NCBI GenBank assembly: GCA_043228905.1
Contig: JBHGNT010000021.1
Coordinates: 434,001 to 498,000 of the forward strand
DNA: 64,000 bases
Direction of reading: 5' to 3'
DNA from: Azolla caroliniana
Lineage: Eukaryota > Plantae > Polypodiophyta
Shown here: piece by piece, positions 54,698 through 64,000 of the stretch
Numbering within the stretch: position 1 is the first letter of the stretch
Layout of the letters: the number at the start of each line of letters is the position of its first letter
Position numbers and translations under genes: made by a program
The notes under the pieces: model-generated
What the model was told of the DNA's origin: nothing
Database searches by the model: none
The model's input: only the letters and a program-made list of their open reading frames with translations

Positions 54698-56204
54698 TGT
54701 GAAATGCACATAAGAGATAAAAAACCAGTCTACTTAGCTTCTTACTTCTTAATCAATTTATAGTTGATACAACGGAACCCATTTGGGTTGGCTTGGTTAA
54801 ACAGGGTTTGCTAAAAGGGTGGGTCAACTTGAGCACACACATCCTGAAAAGGGTGAGCTAAAAGGGTGGCACAAAGGAACACATGCACACCACATTTCCC
54901 CCCTGCGAGAAACAAGAGATTGAGGGGCATGAACAAGAACAGGACAAGAACAAGAACAAGAACAAGAACAAGAACAATGGCTTGTCGAAGGAGGGGGAGC
55001 ATCTGATAGCAGGTTTCAAATGGAAATCCATCGTTGATTTTAGTGCGAGGCGAGGGTTACACCCATAGAGTGCTTGAAAAGGGTTGATTTATGCAACCAT
55101 CTCGTGTTTGAGGGTCTTGTTGAGGCGTTCGGTGAAGATGGCGTGGGGATGTAAACATCTATGGACACGTAGTTGAGGTGCAACGACGTTGAGGACATCC
55201 CCATGGAACTGTTGGCCTTGATAGTTGGACGGGGCTAATGACGAAAAACGAGTTATCAATCGGCGAATATAGATCAATCACTCCTGTGGACTAAGGGCCA
55301 CCTAGACTTTGCTGAGGTGGGGGACAGGAGGGCTATCGTGTCATCTCGGAGGGGGATCGAGGAAAGATCATATGGTGGCGAAGATAAATCGCTCCTGTGG
55401 ACTGAGGACCACCTGGACTTTGCTGAGGTGGGGGACAGGAGGGTTATCGTGTCGAAGGGGGATTGAGGAAAGATCATATGGCGGCGAGAGATGAATCGCA
55501 CCTGTGGACTGAGGTGGGGGACAGGAGGGCTATCGTGTCAGAGGGGGATCGGGGAAAAGATCATTTGGCAAAGAAAGATCAATCACTCTTGTGGTCTAAG
55601 GGCCACCTGGACTTGGTTGAGGTGGGGGTCAGGAGGGCTATCGTGTAGGAGGGGGATCAGAGAAACTCATGGGACAAGAAGTTAATGGGCAACCTAAGGT
55701 GAGGGGGAAGAATTGGTGGGGCAAGACATAAAAGTGGTGTGAGAAAGTGAGAGTGTCTAAGGTGAAGGTGTAGTGGGCTTACGTGCTAGAGAGGTATAGA
55801 TGGCGATCGCCAAAAACGGACTTGGATGGAGGAAGTGGTGGATATCGGGAGGCCTAACTAGTGAACTAAGGTGGTGCTAATAGAAGAGATACTACTACAA
55901 GAGACTAACAAGAGTGTCGGTGATGGTGGTGAGGGTGATGCTACTTACGAAGCGGAAGAGGTAGATGCTTAAATGTGGGGGACTGGTACCCCGCATCTCC
56001 ACCAATATGTGAAATGCACATAAGAGATCAAAAATTAGTCTACTTAGCTTCTTACTTCTTAATCAATTTATAGTTGATACAACGGAACCCATTTGGGTTG
56101 GCTTGGCAAAACAGGGTGTGCTAAAAGGGTGGGTCAACTTGAGCACACGCATCCTAAAAAGGGTGAGCTAAAAGGGTGGCACAAAGGAACACATGCACAC
56201 CACA
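54698..56204 (-). mobile_element. Copy 2 of the tRNA-Ala-primed mini LTR element
   Basis: Same LTRs, PBS, PPT and flanks at +49,068. Confidence 0.9.
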
Positions 56205-59200
56205 AAGGAACACGTGGTTCTTTTGAAATTGATGTTTAATAGCATTTGCTCTTTTGTGCTTATTTTCTCAAGTATTAATCATCAACTATTATTGTATGAT
56301 TATTGTTTAATTATTTCTCTCTCTTAATTAAATTTTCCTCTCATATGCACACAAGCACAGATTAACACATATGCTTCCACTATGTAATCACACACATGTG
56401 ACATGATTAAGAATCACTCACATAACTAGTACTAGTTACACATATGATTAGTACCTAATTAGTATACAATTACATACAAAATAGTATATATTGGGTAATG
56501 TACCAAGTATTTATCTAGTTTGTTTTGAAGTGCCATGTTGAAAAGAGGATCTCAAATTGTCTTATTCATTTGCAACACAGCAAGAAAAGAAGATGGAAAG
56601 AAAAACAAGTATAGATAAGGAGATAAGAAAGGGAAACACAATTAAATCACCAAGCAAGGAATGTCCCTTTTAGGGCATTATTCATTTCCTATTTAGGACT
56701 TGGTAATTTATCAAGGCATGGTCACTATTGTTGTAGTTATGTGTCCCGACTTTAAATATAGTCAATCCTTAAACTATCTAGTTGTTAAACCTTTTCTATA
56801 CAAACTACACTATGTTATCCAATTCCTAAACATGAAACTTGTTATAACTTCTTATGTACATACCTTTACCTATATTGCCATATGGCACATGATTGTTAGT
56901 TGTTGCTTTGCTTTGGCTCACTTGAGTTGGTCTCTAGCCTAACTAGGAATGGATTTGCCAACATGGTAGTATGGTTTTGGCCAAACACCATTCATCAAGG
57001 AAGTGGCCCATGCTATGATGAAAAGGAAGACAATAAGCACTCATAGCAAGCATAGGTTGTAATAGTATCTGAAAACATATTTTTGGGGCATCCCAAAGCC
57101 GGGTTATTTATCTCATGCATTGGTGCCTAACTACTCGAGTACATGATATGACTCCGCACAAGTGATCGTATGGAAAGCAATCAAATTTGTATCACTTAAA
57201 TGTTTTGATAACATCTATGCATGCATATTCTATGAATTCTAAACAAACTAGTTGTTGCAAAGTCAAGAAACGTGTATTTTTTTAGCTATTTCCTTAGGGT
57301 TTTAAAGTTCACATATGTCACTTCAACGAATCAACATTGTGGTATGCTCCAAAGTTGGTCACAACTACAACAATCGAGGACATCATTGTTGTCAAACCAA
57401 ACCTTATAATGTGTGACTAAGTGACTATCATGAGCTATTGAGTGACCACAACACATTGAGGGATAGTAGAGACCTTGACAATATCTCTTCATCCCATCCC
57501 ATTTGTCTTGATAGAGGAAACATAAAGATGATCTATAGAGCTCCATTGATTTGACAAAACAACTTCATCCGTTGATGATGAGATCGATGAGCATATCAAG
57601 AGGATACTTACTATGCAAATTTTATACTCCAACGATACATTTGAATCACATTTTTTCGAAGGGATTAACATGACTCATACCTTGGAGCGTTGCACTTCCA
57701 AGTATCACTACCAAGTCTTGAAGGGTAGCTCTTTCCATGGGTGGGCTAACCAAGGAATTAGTGGATGTCACTCCCCAATGGTTGGGCCCTCTATTTTTTT
57801 CCACTTTCTACCTTTCGGGTCTGCCACATCACCACAACAAGTGTGTTAAAGTCCACCCTCGTAATTAAGTGATGTGAGATATCTTGATAGAATGGCCACT
57901 TTCCCATTGTGATAGATTGGTTCAAACTTCGATGCAAAATACGCATAGAATATCTTACATAAACCAAGCATGGTTCATTGTTAATATGAAATCAAAATCA
58001 TGTAATAATTTAATTACACAAAATTTGGTTAAAAACTTAACACTACTTTTGAAGTGCAAGAAGTCTAATTCAAAAGGAAATTGTAAAGACTAAATAAAAG
58101 GAAGAACTTAACATTTTTTTTGTATTTCAAATATGTTATATTATTCTAATTATTGTAATTGTACATATCAACATTTCATCATTTGTGGGTTGCATTACAA
58201 ATTTAGTTATGTGAGAGTATGCTTCATCACTATTTTATGGGATACTTGTTTCTTCATTGGAATATTTCAAATGCATATGTATTAATAAGATTGTTTGGCT
58301 CTTGTTCGATCCAGATTCCAAACCATGATCTAATGACTCATCCAATATTTAATTGGAAGAGACCACCATGATATTTGATGTGAGTGCCAATGTTGGATCA
58401 TGATTCATAAATGATTTGTTGTATCAAGAGACATACAATAGCAATTCGAATGTTTTGAATGTCAATATCGGTATCGTAAATGAAAACCTCATGAATTCAA
58501 TTACACAAATAATTTCATTAACTCTACCCCTCTCGATTGTCATGTGAGAAGTTTTGTCAAGAAGGGAAAAATATAAAACTGAAATCCATAGAGGATATCA
58601 AAGGTTCTAATGATTGTATTGGTACCGATATATAATCGACAAGAAGGTCAAGTACGCACATTTGGCGCAATATTTCAAATTTGTCTTGATAAGGCTCTTT
58701 GACATCCACCTATTAGTCATAACATAATGGCTAATAGCATAATACCATCATCCATGAATGAAATAATATGTTTGAAACAAGTATATGCTAATGCAGAATT
58801 AGAGATTCATGGCACATAAATGATTTGCCGTATCAAGAGACATGCAATAGCAATTCAAATGTTTTGAATGTCAATATCGGTATCATAAATGAAAACCTCA
58901 TGAATTCAATTACACAAATAATTTCATTAACTCTACCCCTCTCGATTGTCGTGTGAGAAGTTTTGTCAAGAAGGGAAAATATAAAACTGAAATCCATAGA
59001 TGATATCAAAGGTTCTAATGATTGTATTGGTACCGATATATAATCGACAAGAAGGTCAAGTACGCACATTTGGTGCAATATTTCAAATTTGTCTTGATAA
59101 GGCTCTTTGACATCCACCTATTAGTCATAACATAATGGCTAATAGCATAATACCATCATCCATGAATGAAATAATATGTTTGAAACAAGTATATGTTAAT

Positions 59201-62200
59201 GCAGAATTAGAGATTCATGGCACACCTAAATTTTCTTCTCATTAGAGTGTTGGTGGGCAGTCATTAAGTCTATATCCTATGTACACACGCTATCAATGTA
59301 AATGCAAACAACTACATAAAATTAAACATGGAGCCAAAAACCGTAAATGTTGAGGTGGAAATTTAATATTAATCAAGTTTTGTTAGTATTCCCCTTTCAC
59401 TCACATTGCAAGAAAACAATATAGACGTTGATATGAAGAAAACGGTTGATGTGCCTCGCAAAGTAACAATACAAAAATCATCATCAAATCTATTACGTGT
59501 GAAGTTTAGAATTTTGATGAAATAATTTGGTGGATCTAAAAGCATTAATTTATGGAGACATCCAAAGTCTCTTCTATGATGTGTGAACTCATGACAAAAG
59601 CGGTGGTTGTTTCGTGCATGTGCAATGCACAAAGGAAAACATTAAGTCCCTTTCGAAGGTAGGTGTGTCAAATATAGAGAAAAATAAACAACCAATGCAA
59701 TAAACAACAATTGTTTGGTTTGTTCAAATGTATGTATGTACATCTTATGAGTAGTGTTTTTGCATGACGTATAAGCCAACAATGTCCAACGAGATAGTGA
59801 TGATCCCTCTACTTGAAAACCCATGGGTGAAACCCCTATACTTTCATTTCCAAATAAGACGCAATCCCCATCACTATCAACTCAAGTATCTAATACATAG
59901 TTATCAACCACTTCACTTTCCTACTACCAATTTTTGGAACAATGTGTGACCCACCATTACCTACTCCTCCACCCCCCCTCCCCCACCCAAACTTAAAATA
60001 TGTGCCTTTCAAATCCCTATAAGGACATGCAACGCTAGATCTAATCATCGCAACTACTTTTCAACAACATGCCCCTAATTTAGAATATCATTCTAGGATG
60101 TTGTGGTAAACACAATCCAAATTTAAAGGGAGGAGTCCGAGGAGAAATAATAAGTATCCAATTTACACATCTCCAAACATGATTTATGACTTTTGGAGTG
60201 ATACCTCGACGTGAAACAACCGTCAACCATTATATTACACGCAGGTAGTGACAATACTCTATGGGATATCAAGGTAAACCTACCATGATAGTGATAAGTG
60301 ATGGATAATTATGGTTAAGCTAGTGAGAGAGGGGTATGAATCACGATGTAAACATAACTATTGCATGCATGCCCATATTCCATATTCAAAGCATGTTTAT
60401 TTGAGTTGAATACTAACCCCATCAAACGTGGTTGAATACTAATCCCATCAAATGTGGTGATAACGATCTACATAATAGTGATATTTCAAGGTCGTGATGG
60501 GTGATGTATGACAAGGACTTTTGTCTAAGGTTTTCAATTCATGGTAGAGAACTTGACGACTATTGCTAATATGAACAAGTTATTGATCATGATTCAATGC
60601 CCAATGCTAGTTTAAATAATTGTATGCAGGTATTGCCATCACTCATCACTAAAGGACACATTTGTGAGTCGAAAATGTGTTCCTCCCTCTTCATCGATGT
60701 GTGGCCACCCTAAGGTTTAGGTTTATGCCATAGCCCTCTCGATTAGCAATTGACTATCTAGGGCTAATGTAATTGCTTTAGCTAATCCACTTACTTTAGC
60801 CATTCCACATGCTCACAACAACAATATGATGAAAAGAGACAATCATCACGTGCACATTATGATTTGATGGAGAATGTCACAAGTCATCGATTTATATGTG
60901 GGTGTTAACAACAATTGTGTAGCTTGTCCTAGAGTAACCATGCCCCTTTACGACATAATGAAATTGTCTTCTCGAGTGATTGAGAGGTTTCCATATGCCC
61001 ACCACTCTTCCTAGGGTGAAAAGACGTGTCATCACCCATAGAAGTGGGCTCCCACAAAACATCACACACTCTTTTTGCATTAATTTTCTCATCTGTTTCA
61101 GTGCAAGAGGGAGACAATAAAGGGTCATGCGTTCAATCCCCTACACTACGTAGTTGGGGCATAAAGGGATTTGGAAGAGTCATTCATGTAGTCACCCACC
61201 CAAGAATATTTGAATTTAGAAGAGTCATTCATGTACCCACCCACCTAGGATGGATTTGAACCCAGGTGGGGTGTGCATGGCACCATTTCATGTCCCTCCC
61301 TAAGATCAAATCTTACATCTAACATCTCTCTTTCTCTCTATTCTTCACTTTAACAAGGTTTGAACCATTTCATGTCCCTCCCTAAGATCAAATCTTACAT
61401 CTAACATCTCTCTTTCTCTCTATTCTTCACTTTAACAAGGTTCGAACCATTTCATGTCCCTCCCTAAGATCAAATCTTACATCTAACATCTCTGAATTCT
61501 TCTCTTTTAACAAGGTTTGAACCATTTCATGTCCCATCCCTAAGACCACCAAATCTTACATCTAACATCTCTCAATTATTCTCTTTTAACAAGGTTTGAA
61601 CCATTTAATGTCCCTCCTGAAGACCAAATCTTACATCTAACATCTCTCTTTCTCTCTATTCTTCACTTTCATGTCCCTCCCTAAGATCAAATCTTACATC
61701 TAACATCTCTGAATTCTTCTCTTTTAACAAGGTTTGAACCATTTCATGTCCCTCCCTAAGACCAAATCTTCCATCTAACATCCCTCTTTCTCTCTATTCT
61801 TCCCCTTAACAAGGTCTGAACTTTGAAGACGAACAAAACACCCACCACTCCATATCTCTGGCTTTTAGGGCTTGAAGAGCACACCCTGCCTCTGACATGT
61901 CTTTTTTAGGGCTCGAGAACAAACCCTACCTCTGATATTTAGGGTTTTGGGACAATGTCCGTATTCTGCTTTTAGGGTTTCCGTAAACACTCACATCTAC
62001 AGGTTTGAGGAAATTCATCTCTAATGTTTAGGAACTTGACAGAACTGGCATCCCTGATTCTAGGACGTCGGAGAAAATCCATATCTGTTTTTAGCGTTTA
62101 AGGAAGAATCATTTCTTGTTTTAGCATTGCTCGGAAAACTCGTCTTTGATTTTAGGGTTTTGGTAGGAACATCTCCGATTCTAGGGTTGTAGAAAGAACT

Positions 62201-62386
62201 CATCGCTGAATTTTAGCATTTGAGATAAAGCCCTTCCTTTATGGTTTGAGACTAAACTGTCTCTGATTTCAGCTTTGAAGAAAAACTCGTCTTCGATTTT
62301 AGGGTTTGATAAAAAACTCCATCTGTGATCTTTTTCAAGTTTAGGGAGGAAATCTCCCCGCACTGTGGATCGAGAGTATCACAGCC

Positions 62387-62986
62387 ATGTCTGGCCTCTG
62401 CTTCTGCTTCTCTCGTGGTTCCTCTACAGAGAAGCTAAGCTCTGTTATACCTTCATCTTCTACTGTGGCAACAAAATTGCCTTTCCAGTCATCAGAACAT
62501 TCTGGTTCATCAAAGTCATTGAGCCCACTACTAGTAGAGCTCTTCACATCACAAGGATGCAGCTCATGCCCCCCTGCAGATCTAATTATTTCAAAGCTTG
62601 GTCAACAAAGAGGAGAAAAAGATGAAAGAGGAGAATCGGAGAAAGAAAGAGAAATAGATAGAAAACGAGAAGGGGAAGATGGAGATGTAAAAAATAGAGA
62701 CAAAGAAGATTCTAGAAGCAATGAACCTGACCAGATCTCGAAGCTTCCACCTGTAATTGCATTGGCTTATCATGTGGATTATTGGGATTATCTAGGATGG
62801 AAGGACCCCTTTGCATGCAATCGATGGAGTGGTAGGCATCGAAGCTATGGTGAAGCTCTCCAACAAGATAGTATCTATACGCCAGAGGTGGTTGTCCAGG
62901 GTCGTTTGCATTGTATTGGCTCGAACGTGGAATTGGTTTCCGATCTCATTGAATCTGCCCCGAGATTCCCTGCTCTGGATGTTCGG
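62387..62986 (+). CDS. Copy 2 of DUF1223 gene, exon 1; exon 2 is beyond the window
   Basis: Identical translation and donor; the intron lacks the hAT. Confidence 0.88.
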
Positions 62987-64000
62987 GTAAGAATGCTTCT
63001 GCTGGAGCCTTTTGTTTTTGCTGGTTTTTAGTTTTGTATTGGATATGGCGTTAATCAGGATGATAGTGATCATCACCCAAAGGAAATGCAATGCATCTAT
63101 GTGAGTGATAAGCTACAATGATGATGGTATTATGGATGATGTCTATGTTCACGATGGTGATCAGGATAATAATGGTGACCCAAAGGAAATGCAATGTATC
63201 TAGTGATAGAGAGGATGATGATGAGAAGATGTATTGGCATTCACAGGGCGCCAACTTAATCTCTGGGATCAACTATAATTAGAAGTACTCGCCCCAACTT
63301 TTAATACCAAAATCTGCCCATGGGACAATTGATTACAGTAATGGGATATGTACTCAATCATTGAAAATAAAAAATAAAAGAAACATAAATAAAAAAGTTC
63401 TAGTGTGGTACAAAAAATGTTATGACGTGTAACATGTTCTATAAAGAAAAAGGCTTTGTCATAAGACTATTGTTTCATTTCAATCCAAGTCCCTCGAAAA
63501 AGGGGGGGGGGGGGTGTTGACAGGTTTCGATGTAGGTGTGCCCCATGGTTTCAATGTAAATTGTATCTTGACCATGATAGCTTCTAGGCGGGGTGAGTCC
63601 CGTTTCTTATCTTCTCATATCCTTCTACATGACAACGAGTGGCTTTGAAGCCCGGTATCTGAGGGCATTTGGTTGCTCTTTGGTTTTTTGCGTTAGTGAG
63701 GGAGAGGCTGAGTGGTGTAGTGTGTCCACGTTCATCGTTCCCCTTGTACTTGAAAAAATTCAATGGTTATGAGTTCATGGCTATTAGAAAGGTTATAGTA
63801 AACATTTTGTAGCTTAGTCTCTCTATGTTGTATTAGCTCTAAGATATATGTACGTAGTGTCTTTATGTTTGAGGTATCTACTAATTGGGAGAGGGTGGGA
63901 TAGATTCGAACTTTGCATGTAAAATGGTACTCATCCTCTATCTCTCTATGACATAATCTACATTTCCTTTCCTCTCGAGGAACTCCATTAGCACAACCAT

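Larger units (their letters stand above)
49069..64000. repeat. Segmental/tandem duplication, copy 2 (no hAT); runs off the window
   Basis: 49069..63937 matches 1..14868 and 63938..64000 matches 19789..19851. Confidence 0.97.

Noticed and set aside
63930-63937. Empty site as an excision product
   Set aside because: It is a single unaltered target copy that restores the LINE motif EDEYH; a pre-insertion state is more parsimonious, although precise excision cannot be excluded.

Overview
Eukaryotic land-plant nuclear DNA: AT-rich, with spliced genes, long TE-filled introns and fern-like LINE remnants (organism inferred, not proven). The window holds two nearly identical copies of one block, 1..19851 and 49069..64000 (offset 49,068; about 10 substitutions and one homopolymer indel seen by eye), separated by unique DNA and a 100-N scaffold gap. 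Copy 1 carries a complete 4,912-bp hAT transposon (17-bp TIRs, 8-bp TSD, intact spliced transposase) inside the intron of a DUF1223 CxxC gene. Copy 2 has the clean empty site. Other content: a 16-exon ACT-domain Raf-like kinase (STY8/17/46 type); a two-exon family of single-pass membrane proteins with Pro/His-rich linkers and a spliced Cys-rich tail (two copies plus an older paralog); an orphan RPT5-like first exon; a 1.5-kb tRNA-Ala-primed mini LTR element with an atypical 33-bp flank duplication; a head-to-head pair of LINE remnants; and many tandem arrays. All exon calls were made by eye from GT-AG sites and frame continuity. No searches were run.
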